This document shows positions 1-9,919 of a DNA stretch of 64,000 bases, piece by piece. A program made the position numbers and the translations under genes. The stretch's first letter is position 1; every line of letters begins with the position of its first letter. Origin of the DNA: an uncultured Nitrososphaerales archaeon (GTDB taxonomy: Archaea; Thermoproteota; Nitrososphaeria; Nitrososphaerales; Nitrososphaeraceae); the NCBI GenBank assembly GCA_963695855.1, contig CAVOHZ010000010.1, positions 544,001 through 608,000 of the forward strand, written 5' to 3'. The notes beneath the pieces are model-generated. The model had not been told where the DNA came from. It worked only from the letters and a program-made list of their open reading frames with translations, and ran no database searches.

Positions 1-614
1 TAGTTTATACTTGTATACGAGACAAGTGCTTATTTATTTAGTGTAACTAATTTTATAACCTCTTATGTAGACAACAACAATCAAAATGGTTAATGATTAT
101 TATTTAATCAGCATTAGAAAATACTGATATCTTGTCTATATATCCTGCGCTAAAGGATATATTAAAAAACTTTCTATAAACAATAATAGTGTTTTCTTTA
201 CAAAGATTTTTTATTTGAATTGACCTTCTTTTATTCATTTTGTACTTTTACAACCGATTTAACATCTAATATTGTTATATAATTCCTCAAAAAATCATTT
301 AATTCAAATTCAGTTGTGTATGGAGTCACTAATTTTGAAATTTTTGAAAGAGACAAATGACTAATTACTGAATATTTTGAAAAAGGCATTAAAAAGAAAA
401 GCGTCCAAATTGAATAAATTCATTATTAAATTAAGTTATCATATAGTCCCTAATCAGGATTTGATTAGCCTCACTATGCCTAATGAGACATATATAAATT
501 TTAAGTTTCTAATATTTCATTTTGTAACTTTTTTCTAAGTATATTCCTATTAAAATTCATAACAGAAACAAAAGAATAAATATTTATCTTTTGTAACGTC
601 ACATCGGTAGAAAA

Positions 615-1004
615 ATGATAGCTAAAAAAGGTTCAAAACCTAAAAAGGAGATTGTGAAAGAAACAAAGGAAGTAAAACCAAAGGAAGTAAAACCAGTAAA
701 ATCGGTACCAATTACAGTAGAATTGGACATCCTAAAAATACTGATTAACGAAAGGCCCCTAATACCACTCCTTCGCGTATTAAAGACAAATAAGGAATTA
801 CACACAAGAGAGTTATTAATAACAATGGGAAGCTGGGGATATGGACAATCTCTTATGAAAAGAGCGACAAATCTAGCATTAATTGATAGGAAAATCAAAA
901 AAGAAAAATCAAGGGGCAGAGGCAAACCAAGAATATACAACGCCTTAACAAATAAGGGAAGAGAAGTAGTCAAACTCGCAGATAGAATAGGATACGAAAA
1001 ATAA
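615..1004 (+). CDS. Winged-helix DNA-binding protein (PadR/MarR-like) with Lys/Glu-rich N-terminal tail
   Basis: C-terminal GRGKPRIYNALTNKGREVV resembles the wHTH wing motif (R.Y.LT.KG); ATG start; AT-rich TATA-like words upstream. Confidence 0.65.
   Translation: MIAKKGSKPKKEIVKETKEVKPKEVKPVKSVPITVELDILKILINERPLIPLLRVLKTNKELHTRELLITMGSWGYGQSLMKRATNLALIDRKIKKEKSRGRGKPRIYNALTNKGREVVKLADRIGYEK
664..693 (+). repeat. 15-bp perfect tandem repeat (CAAAGGAAGTAAAAC x2) encoding KEVKP-KEVKP
   Basis: Read directly in sequence. Confidence 0.8.
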
Positions 1005-1071
1005 TTATCGACAAAATAAAAAATATAATTTTCCAAAATTTTTATTTGTTTTCAAGAAATAAGCCTTTATA

Positions 1072-1446
1072 ATGGATGTCATATGCGATACAAGTTTTTT
1101 TATAGTCTTAGTGACAAAACCAACCAAATTATTAGAAAATATTGAGAATATTTTTGGTAAGATTAATTTCTTGATACCTGACGTAGTAATTGAAGAATTA
1201 ATGAAACTAATGAATTCTAATCCTCGAAGGTCAAGAGACGCTAAACTAGCATTAGAAATTTCTAAAAAATTTAAGAAGATAAAAACATCAAGAACCAAAC
1301 ATATTGATGATAATTTAGTAGAGTATGCCTATTTTAATAAATGTGCTGTCGCAACTATCGACAAGGATCTAATAAGACGATTAATTTCTCAAAACACATT
1401 AGTAATATCATTGAGAAAAGACAAGATGATAGTAGTGAACAATTAA
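1072..1446 (+). CDS. PIN-domain ribonuclease (Fcf1/Utp24-like)
   Basis: ICDTSF, VIEEL, IDDNLV, VATIDKDL acidic PIN motifs. Confidence 0.85.
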   Translation: MDVICDTSFFIVLVTKPTKLLENIENIFGKINFLIPDVVIEELMKLMNSNPRRSRDAKLALEISKKFKKIKTSRTKHIDDNLVEYAYFNKCAVATIDKDLIRRLISQNTLVISLRKDKMIVVNN

Positions 1447-1478
1447 GCAATAGACAAATTTAAATTTGAAAAAGAATA

Positions 1479-2141
1479 TTGAAAAATATGGAATTTAATA
1501 ATATTAATATATATTGGCTTGGTCATGACGGATACAAAATAGTAAATAATGAAGACAAAATAGTATATATAGATCCATACAAACTCAAGCAAAAACATAA
1601 CGAACACGATGCAGATCTAATTTTAATTACACATAATCATTTTGATCATTTAAGTCCAGAAGATCTACGTATAATCAATAACGAAAAAACTTCAATTATT
1701 GCAGCAGCAGAATGTGTAGAAAAATTAAAACAAGAAGGATTCAAAAATATAAAAGAAGTAGAACCAGGTCAAAAAATACTGCAAGATGGTATCGATATTG
1801 AGGTTGTGCCTGCATATAACATAGATAAAAAATATCATCCAAAAGAAGATAAAAAGGTGGGGTTTATAATCACGACTAACGATACAAGGATATATCACTC
1901 TGGAGATACAGATGCAATTCCCGAGATGAATGAGATTAAACCTGATATTGCATTAGTTCCAGTTTCAGGAGTATATGTAATGTCAGCAGAAGAAGCAGCT
2001 ACGGCGATAAATAACATGATAAAACCTTTTAAGGCCGCTATTCCTATGCATTATGGGACCATCGTAGGAACAGAGGTAGATGCAAATAAATTTAAGGAAC
2101 TCGTCAAAGTTTGCGAAGTTGTAATATTAAATTCAGAATAG
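1479..2141 (+). CDS. Metallo-beta-lactamase-fold hydrolase
   Basis: WLGH, IDPY, THNHFDH, HSGDT, PMHYG motifs; start may be ATG at 1488. Confidence 0.9.
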   Translation: MKNMEFNNINIYWLGHDGYKIVNNEDKIVYIDPYKLKQKHNEHDADLILITHNHFDHLSPEDLRIINNEKTSIIAAAECVEKLKQEGFKNIKEVEPGQKILQDGIDIEVVPAYNIDKKYHPKEDKKVGFIITTNDTRIYHSGDTDAIPEMNEIKPDIALVPVSGVYVMSAEEAATAINNMIKPFKAAIPMHYGTIVGTEVDANKFKELVKVCEVVILNSE

Positions 2142-2289
2142 CAATATCTGGTATTTTCTTTAAAAAAATTTTAGAAAGTTTGCAATAATTAGAAAAAAAT
2201 ATTCATTAAAATCTTTTATACCTAATAGTTTGTATAAATAAACAGAACATTTTATCATTTTCTCTATTTTATCTGTACCGAGTATATAA

Positions 2290-2502
2290 TTGAGACCAAT
2301 AGACCTTTTAGGAAAGATATTATCTAATGGATACAATGCTGAAATTCAGAGCAAGCCATACGGATCATTGTTGGTAGTAAGAAATAAGTCAATATTATCA
2401 TATTCTGTTGGAAGTTTGATTAGACGTGGAGGATATAGGTTCAAATATTGTTATGATGACACTAATGGCGAATCTGTATTTATATTTACAAAAAAAATAT
2501 GA
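2290..2502 (+). CDS. Small hypothetical protein (70 aa)
   Basis: TTG-start ORF filling an intergenic gap, plausible composition, no recognised motif. Confidence 0.5.
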   Translation: MRPIDLLGKILSNGYNAEIQSKPYGSLLVVRNKSILSYSVGSLIRRGGYRFKYCYDDTNGESVFIFTKKI

Positions 2503-2591
2503 TTAATTAACTTATCATATCCACTTTTTTTAATAATCGAACTTGAAATCGAAAACGAAAATATATGTATCCGAATGATATTTCTTGATTT

Positions 2592-3140
2592 ATGGTCAGA
2601 ACTTTGTCAAATCAGAAATTATTAACAGGTCAGAAAGCTCCTGATTTTACCCTGAAAGGTATAGATGAAAAAAATTATTCATTAAATGATTTTAACAGCA
2701 GAACGCTCTTGGTTATTTTTATTTGTAACCACTGTCCATTTGTCAAAGCAAGAATAAATGACATTGTTGATTTGCAGTCCAGATTTAATACCCATGACCT
2801 TCAAATAATCACAATCAATAGTAATGATCCTTCTTATCAAGATGAAGGTTTTGATAACATGAAGGAATTTGCAAAACAAAATAACTTGAATTTCCCCTAT
2901 CTTATAGATGAAACACAAGAGATTGCAAAGTTATATGGTGCTGTATGTACTCCAGATCCATTTTTGTTCGATTCGAATAAAACTTTGGTTTTTCATGGTA
3001 GAATAAATGATGCGATCGAGCCAGCATCGAAGCCACAGAAACATATAATGCACGAAAACATAAAAAAAATAATAAATGCAGAAAAAATAGAAAAGGATTT
3101 CGATCCTTCTATAGGATGTTCTATCAAGTGGAAGGAGTAA
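2592..3140 (+). CDS. Thioredoxin-fold redoxin (AhpC/TSA-like)
   Basis: APDFTL, CNHCPFV, AVCTPD, GRI, SIGCSIKW. Confidence 0.9.
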   Translation: MVRTLSNQKLLTGQKAPDFTLKGIDEKNYSLNDFNSRTLLVIFICNHCPFVKARINDIVDLQSRFNTHDLQIITINSNDPSYQDEGFDNMKEFAKQNNLNFPYLIDETQEIAKLYGAVCTPDPFLFDSNKTLVFHGRINDAIEPASKPQKHIMHENIKKIINAEKIEKDFDPSIGCSIKWKE

Positions 3141-3172
3141 CTTTTTTATAAAAATTTAAATTTTTTCTTAAA

Positions 3173-5144
3173 TTGGAAAGAATTTCTTCAATTTTTGAGC
3201 TGAATACATCTTTTTCTACTGGAGGAGATCAACAAAAAGCTATAGATGAGTTAAAGAAAGGACTAGCAACAAAAAAAAGAATCAGTTCAAACATTGTTGG
3301 GTGTCACTGGAAGTGGAAAAACATTTACAGTAGCTAACGTGATTGCAGGGGTTAATAAGAATACACTTGTTATTTCTCCAAACAAGACATTGGCTAGCCA
3401 ACTTTATTCAGAATTTAAAGATTTTTTTCCTGAAAATAATGTTGGATATTTTGTTAGTTTTTACGATTATTACCAACCTGAAAGTTATATTCCCCAAACT
3501 GATACATATATTGAAAAAGATACAGAGGTAAACGAAATAATTGAGAAAATGAGACTAGAAGCCACTGCAATGTTGGTGTCAGGCGAACCAACTATTATTG
3601 TTGCTACAGTTTCATGTATTTACTCTTTAGGTTCCCCGATAGAATGGGCGAAGAATTCTATTTCTCTCTGTAAAGGAAGTATTACAAATCGCAAAGAAAT
3701 AATTCGTAAGTTGATAGAATCAAGATATGAAAGAAATGACACTGCATTAATTCAAGGAAATTTTAGAGCAAAAGGAGATGTAATTGACATTTTTCCCGGC
3801 TATTCAAATGATATAGTTAGAATTGGGTTACTTGGAGATGAGATTGAAAATATAAGCATACATGACCCTATTACGTTAAGGAAAATAAGGAATATTACCA
3901 GAATAAAGATATTTCCTGCTAAACACTATGTTATAGACGAAAAGATCAGGGAAAAAGCAATAAGTTCCATAGATACAGAATTAAAAGAATGGATCCCAAA
4001 ATTGAAAGGCGAGCTAGAAAAGGAAAGATTACGTTCTAGAACTAAATATGATTTGGAAATGTTAAAGGAATTAGGATATTGTTCTGGAATTGAAAATTAC
4101 TCTCGTCATTTTGATAACAGAAAAAAAGGAGAACCGCCATATTGTCTATTAGATTTTTTTGGCGAGGATTTTTTGGTTGTAATAGATGAGTCTCATGTAA
4201 CTATTCCTCAACTTAGAGCAATGTACAATGGAGATCATACAAGAAAAAAGACACTTGTAGAATATGGTTTTAGATTACCAAGCGCTTTTGACAATAGACC
4301 CCTAAACTTCAAGGAATTTGAAAAATATTTGAACAAGGTCATTTATGTTTCAGCTACACCGTCATCTTATGAATTAGATTCTAGCTGTAATGTGGTCGAA
4401 CAACTTGTGAGACCAACCGGTTTATTAGATCCTGAAATTGAAGTGAGATCTACTAGTGACCAGATTGTAGATTTAATTTCCGAAATAAGAAAAAGAGTTG
4501 AGGAAAATCAACGAATTCTGATAACAACCATAACAAAGAGGATGGCAGAAGACCTTGCGGAATTTCTTTCAAAAAAAGATATCAAAGTAAGATATTTGCA
4601 CTCTGAAATCCAAGGTTTGGAAAGAACTGATTTGATTCGTCAGCTGAGACTCGGAGATTTTGACGTTCTGGTTGGTATTAATTTGCTTAGGGAGGGATTA
4701 GACATTCCAGAAGTTGCGTTAGTTGTAATATTGGATGCAGATAAAGAGGGGTTTTTACGTAATGAAATCAGTTTAATTCAAACCTTTGGAAGAGCCGCTA
4801 GAAATATTGAAGGCAAAGTAATCATGTATTGTGAAAAAATTACAAAATCAATGAAAACTGCCATAAATGAAACAGATAGAAGAAGGAAAAAACAGATGGA
4901 ATATAATATACAAAACAAAATCACGCCTAAATCCATACTCAAGCCTATTTTAAACCAAGATAATCCAAGAAAAGATTATGAGATTTTAAAAGCAATGACC
5001 AGAAAAGATCTGTTGAAATTATCTATAGAAACTGAAACTATCATGAAAAAATTTGCAGAGGAGTTGGAATTTGAAAAGGCTATTCAATATAGAGATAAGT
5101 TGAAAAAAATTAACAATGAACTTGGAATAATAGAGATCATCTGA
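3173..5144 (+). CDS. uvrB: Excinuclease ABC subunit B with an apparent +1 frameshift at about 3271-3283
   Basis: GVTGSGKT, YDYYQPE, DESH, LREGLD. The N-terminal FELNTSFSTGGDQQKAIDEL is in another frame from TTG 3173 and joins VQTLLGVTG if one A is removed. Confidence 0.93.
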
Positions 5145-5146
5145 TT

Positions 5147-8077
5147 ATGATAGATAAACTCGTAATAAAAGGTGCAAAACAACATAATTTAAAAAATATT
5201 GATCTCGAAATACCCAAAAAGAAAATAACAGTATTAACTGGTGTTTCTGGATCAGGAAAATCGACTCTTGCGTTTGATACTATTTATGCTGAAGGACAAA
5301 GAAGGTACGTCGAATCATTATCAGCATATGCAAGACAGTTTCTTGAATTAATGGAAAAACCAGATGTGGATTCAATTGAAGGATTATCACCAGCTATTTC
5401 CATACAACAGAAAACTACTAACAAAAATCCTAGATCTACTGTTGGAACTGTTACGGAAATTTATGACTATTTGAGGCTATTGTTTGCGAAAATTGGAATA
5501 CCATTTTGTCCAAAATGTCATAGAAAAATAACTAGTCAGACAATTGATTCTATCACTGAATCGATTTTGAGATTATCACAAGATAAAGAGGTGATTATGA
5601 TTTTATCACCAATAATAAGAGGAAAAAAAGGCACTTTTGACAGGCTGTTTGAAGATTTGAGAAAAAAAGGATATTCCAGACTAAGAGTGGATGGTAAATT
5701 TGTAAATCTTGATAGTGAAATGGAGCAAAGTATGTATAACAAGAATTATTCAGATCTTCAAAATTCTAGTAGTAATAACTCAATTTTAAATTATCCTACA
5801 TTAAATTTAGAAAAGCAAAAAAAACATGATATTGAGATAATTATTGATAGATTAAAACCTATTCCGGAAGAGAGAAGCCGGTTATTTGAAGATATACAGT
5901 CGGCTGCTAATTTAGGAAATGGTATTATAATTTGCTTTGTAGACAATCAAAATTATCTATTTTCACAACACAACTCTTGTCCGTATTGTAGTATCAGTGT
6001 AGGAAATCTCGAACCTAGATCTTTCTCTTTTAATTCTCCATTTGGTGCATGCCACAGTTGTAATGGTCTCGGAATAAAGATAGAATTCGACCCTGAATTA
6101 ATTATACCTAACAAAAGTAAGAGTATCCTAGAGGGAGCTATTGTTCCTTGGACAGGAAAGTTCGCTTCTTTTAGAGCATCTATGCTTAAAGATGTTGGCA
6201 GAAAATACGGATTTAATTTAAATATACCGATATGCGAATTGAATTCTGAACAAATCAGAGTTATTTTATACGGTACGAATGAAAATATTCATTTCAAATA
6301 CGAATCAAAATATTCCCAGAGTAAATGGGAATATAATTCTAATTTTGAGGGAGTTATTCCAAATTTAGAGAGGATATACAAAACTACAGAATCAGATATC
6401 AAAAGAGATACGTTAACGAAATTTATGAAAGAAAGGCTCTGTGAAAAATGCAACGGAAGAAGGTTAAATGAAGAATCATTATCCGTAAAGATAAGAAATA
6501 AGTCTATTATGGAAATATGTGACCTTTCAATAGACGATTGTTATCGATTTTTTATAGAATTCGATCTCAAACCTATTGAAAAAGAGATCGCAAAAAACGT
6601 ATTGAAGGAAACCCTTTCTCGATTAGAATTCTTGAAAAATGTGGGATTGAACTATTTGACCTTGAATCGAACAACTGGTTCTTTATCTGGCGGAGAATCT
6701 CAAAGAATAAGACTTGCAACTCAAATAGGATCTAATCTTACTGGGGTTCTTTATGTATTAGATGAACCCACGATAGGGTTACATCAAAGAGACAATGACA
6801 GATTATTAAAGACCCTAAAAAGGCTACGTAATTTAGATAATACTTTAATAATTGTGGAACATGACGAAGACGTTATTCGAAATTCAGATTGGATTATTGA
6901 TATTGGTCCTGGAGCAGGGATCCATGGTGGAAAAATAGTAGCGGAGGGAACGATTTCAGATATTATGAACAGTGTTAATTCTCTAACTGGTAAATATCTT
7001 AGAGGTGAAAAAAATGCTGCAATATTTTCAAAAGCTAAAGGAAAAATGGACAAATGGCTGGTGGTATATGGAGCTAATTCAAATAACTTGAAACGTATTA
7101 ATGTAAAATTCCCGATTGGTTTTCTCACAGTTGTAACTGGAGTATCAGGTTCTGGAAAATCAACATTAGTAAATGACATCTTATTTAAAGCAATTATGAA
7201 TCATTTTGGCGGGAAAGAAGAACCAGGAAAATGCGATGAGATCACAGGAATAGAATATATAGATAAAGTAATAGGAATTGACCAATCTCCAATCGGAAGA
7301 ACACCCAGGTCTAATGCAGCTACATATGTCAACGCATTTACTCCTATAAGAGAATTATTTTCGAAAACTATAAGGTCAAGAGAAATGGGATATTCCCAAG
7401 GAAGATTTTCTTTTAATGTTAGGGGAGGGAGGTGTGAAGCATGTGAAGGATGTGGAGTAAAAAAAATAGAAATGCAATTTTTACCTGACGTGTACGTTAA
7501 ATGTGATGAATGTGTTGGAAAAAGGTACAATTCAGAGACACTATTAGTAAAATATAAAGAGAAAACGATATACGATATTTTGGATTTTACTGTCGAAGAG
7601 GCAATGGAATTTTTCAGAAATATTCCCATAGTCTACAAGAAACTGAGGACGTTATATGATGTTGGATTAGGATACATCAAATTAGGTCAATCTGCTACTA
7701 CTTTTTCTGGTGGAGAAGCACAAAGAATAAAACTTGCATCAGAACTTTCACGCAGAGATACCGGAAAGACATTATACATATTAGACGAACCAACTACAGG
7801 TCTTCATTTTTCTGACGTTAAAAAATTGTTAAAAGTGTTAAAAAGATTGACAGAGTTAGGAAATACAGTTATAGTAATTGAACATAATCTAGATGTTGTT
7901 GTAAGTGCAGATTGGATAAATGATTTAGGACCCGAAGGCGGAACCGAAGGCGGAACCCTTGTTACCTCTGGAACGCCTGAAGAATTATTAGAAGACGTCA
8001 ACGAAAGCTACACAGTTAAATATTTGAAAACCAAAATGAATAGAATTTTAAAAATCTCGAACCAGATATTAAAATAA
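5147..8077 (+). CDS. uvrA: Excinuclease ABC subunit A
   Basis: Two ABC domains (GVSGSGKS, LSGGE/FSGGE, LDEPT), CxxC Zn modules, EGQRRYVESLS. Confidence 0.97.
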   Translation: MIDKLVIKGAKQHNLKNIDLEIPKKKITVLTGVSGSGKSTLAFDTIYAEGQRRYVESLSAYARQFLELMEKPDVDSIEGLSPAISIQQKTTNKNPRSTVGTVTEIYDYLRLLFAKIGIPFCPKCHRKITSQTIDSITESILRLSQDKEVIMILSPIIRGKKGTFDRLFEDLRKKGYSRLRVDGKFVNLDSEMEQSMYNKNYSDLQNSSSNNSILNYPTLNLEKQKKHDIEIIIDRLKPIPEERSRLFEDIQSAANLGNGIIICFVDNQNYLFSQHNSCPYCSISVGNLEPRSFSFNSPFGACHSCNGLGIKIEFDPELIIPNKSKSILEGAIVPWTGKFASFRASMLKDVGRKYGFNLNIPICELNSEQIRVILYGTNENIHFKYESKYSQSKWEYNSNFEGVIPNLERIYKTTESDIKRDTLTKFMKERLCEKCNGRRLNEESLSVKIRNKSIMEICDLSIDDCYRFFIEFDLKPIEKEIAKNVLKETLSRLEFLKNVGLNYLTLNRTTGSLSGGESQRIRLATQIGSNLTGVLYVLDEPTIGLHQRDNDRLLKTLKRLRNLDNTLIIVEHDEDVIRNSDWIIDIGPGAGIHGGKIVAEGTISDIMNSVNSLTGKYLRGEKNAAIFSKAKGKMDKWLVVYGANSNNLKRINVKFPIGFLTVVTGVSGSGKSTLVNDILFKAIMNHFGGKEEPGKCDEITGIEYIDKVIGIDQSPIGRTPRSNAATYVNAFTPIRELFSKTIRSREMGYSQGRFSFNVRGGRCEACEGCGVKKIEMQFLPDVYVKCDECVGKRYNSETLLVKYKEKTIYDILDFTVEEAMEFFRNIPIVYKKLRTLYDVGLGYIKLGQSATTFSGGEAQRIKLASELSRRDTGKTLYILDEPTTGLHFSDVKKLLKVLKRLTELGNTVIVIEHNLDVVVSADWINDLGPEGGTEGGTLVTSGTPEELLEDVNESYTVKYLKTKMNRILKISNQILK

Positions 8078-8098
8078 AACATCAAAAAAGATGAAAAA

Positions 8099-9892
8099 AT
8101 GACATCCGCTTATTCTGAATTAAAGAAGGCGTGTAAGGCTTTTCCATCCGACCCCGGAATCTATTTGATGAAAGATGATATGGATAAAATAATATACATA
8201 GGAAAGGCAAAGAGCCTCAAAAAAAGAATTTGCAACTATTTTAATCTTCTAAATACAGATGGACTTTGGAAACATAAAAACATTGAAAATGACAAAATTA
8301 TATGGAAAACTAAAAAATTGTTGCAAAAAATTTCAGAAATTGAATTTATAATAACCGATAATGAAGTCGAAGCTTTTTTGCTTGAAGCCAATCTGATTAA
8401 ACAATACAGACCGATTTTCAATATCGAATTAAAAGACCAAGAAAGATATACATATCTAAAGATCACGGATGAAACATTTCCCAGATTATTAGTAGCAAGA
8501 AGGAACAGGAAGAGTGATTTTACAGGGCCAGAAGGAGAGATTTTCGGGCCATTTGTGTATGGAAGTTCTAGATTCATCTCCATTGGAACGCTAAGAAAAA
8601 TATTCAAGGTGAGAATATGCAATCGTTTACCTAAAAAACCGTGTTTAGAATATTTCATAAATAATTGTGATGCCCCTTGTATCCAAAAGATAACAATACA
8701 AAAATACCATGAGAATATCAATTCGCTAAAACAGATTTTAAAAAAAAGAGATGGCATACAAGATTTCTTGACAAGAATGAATAAAGACATGGTTGAAGCT
8801 TCGAATAGACAAGACTATGAACATGCTAAAGAAATAAGAGATACAATAAGAACAGTAGAAAATTTAAAAATAAAACAAAAAATCGACCTAATTGATAAGA
8901 ATGATGAGGAATATGTAGGATTCAAAGTGGATAAATTAAATCAGACAGGTTATGTATTGATATTGAAAAGATCTTGTGGTGTCATAAGTGACACAAAACA
9001 ATTTGAATTTGACATTTTAGGGGATAATAATTTTTCATCTTTTTTACTACAGTATTATTCTACCGTATCTAACATACCAGAAACTATCTACGTGAACGAG
9101 ATTCCAGAATCTAGAAATCTACTGGAATTAACATTTAAAAAACTTTCAGGACATCTTGTTAATATTAACAAAATAAAAAGATCAAAGCAAGATAATGGTG
9201 GATTCGATTTAATGAAGTTAATCCTGAAAAATATCTCTATCCGGATTGAGAAAAAATACAATCCGGTTTTGGGCAATCTAAGGGATCTCATTAATTTAAA
9301 AGAAATTCCATTAATAATAGATTGCTTTGATATATCTAATTTTGGAACATCTTTTGCTGTAGGATCCTGTGTTAGATTTGTTAACGGATCCCGTTTTAAA
9401 AGTGGTTATAGGCGCTTTAAGATACAAACAGTAAAAGACACACAAGATGACGTTAGAATGATAAATGAGATAGTAGGGAGAAGGTATGAAAAAGACCGCA
9501 AAAAAACCTCTGAAAAAGAATATAAAATTAATGGCGTGGAAGAAGGCAGTAACAAAAATGTTATCATTCAGGAACCCAATGGTGAGGATGTGTTTCCAAT
9601 TCAATATACAAATAACAAAAGGTTAATCGATTCTCTTCCCAACCTCATTATAATTGATGGAGGGAGAGCTCAACTGAATTCTGCTATCAAGGCTTTAACT
9701 GAAAAAAATTTATGTATACATACAATTGCTCTGGCAAAACAAAATGAGGAAATATTCCTTCCTTGGGAGAGAGAATCACTTAAAATATCAAAAAAAGAAC
9801 CTGTGATGCATCTACTTCAATCTATAAGAGATGAGGCACATAGATTTGGATTATCATACAACAGGATGCTCAGAAAAACTCGATTAAAATAG
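8099..9892 (+). CDS. uvrC: Excinuclease ABC subunit C (no C-terminal HhH2 domain)
   Basis: GIY-YIG (PGIYLM..IYIGKA), UVR motif, FDISN, IIDGG, RDEAHRF; third gene of uvrBAC. Confidence 0.93.
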   Translation: MTSAYSELKKACKAFPSDPGIYLMKDDMDKIIYIGKAKSLKKRICNYFNLLNTDGLWKHKNIENDKIIWKTKKLLQKISEIEFIITDNEVEAFLLEANLIKQYRPIFNIELKDQERYTYLKITDETFPRLLVARRNRKSDFTGPEGEIFGPFVYGSSRFISIGTLRKIFKVRICNRLPKKPCLEYFINNCDAPCIQKITIQKYHENINSLKQILKKRDGIQDFLTRMNKDMVEASNRQDYEHAKEIRDTIRTVENLKIKQKIDLIDKNDEEYVGFKVDKLNQTGYVLILKRSCGVISDTKQFEFDILGDNNFSSFLLQYYSTVSNIPETIYVNEIPESRNLLELTFKKLSGHLVNINKIKRSKQDNGGFDLMKLILKNISIRIEKKYNPVLGNLRDLINLKEIPLIIDCFDISNFGTSFAVGSCVRFVNGSRFKSGYRRFKIQTVKDTQDDVRMINEIVGRRYEKDRKKTSEKEYKINGVEEGSNKNVIIQEPNGEDVFPIQYTNNKRLIDSLPNLIIIDGGRAQLNSAIKALTEKNLCIHTIALAKQNEEIFLPWERESLKISKKEPVMHLLQSIRDEAHRFGLSYNRMLRKTRLK

Positions 9893-9919
9893 TTTTAGCC
9901 TACAACTGCAAAAACAAAA

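Noticed and set aside
3271-3283. Programmed ribosomal frameshift or phase variation in uvrB at the A8 run
   Set aside because: The same AGAATC junction explains two other breaks with no homopolymer, one of them on the opposite coding strand; a shared DNA-level or sequencing cause is simpler
7932-7957. 12-bp tandem repeat CCGAAGGCGGAA in uvrA
   Set aside because: It encodes GPEGGTEGG, which has the normal length of the conserved UvrA Gly-rich loop, so it is not an insertion
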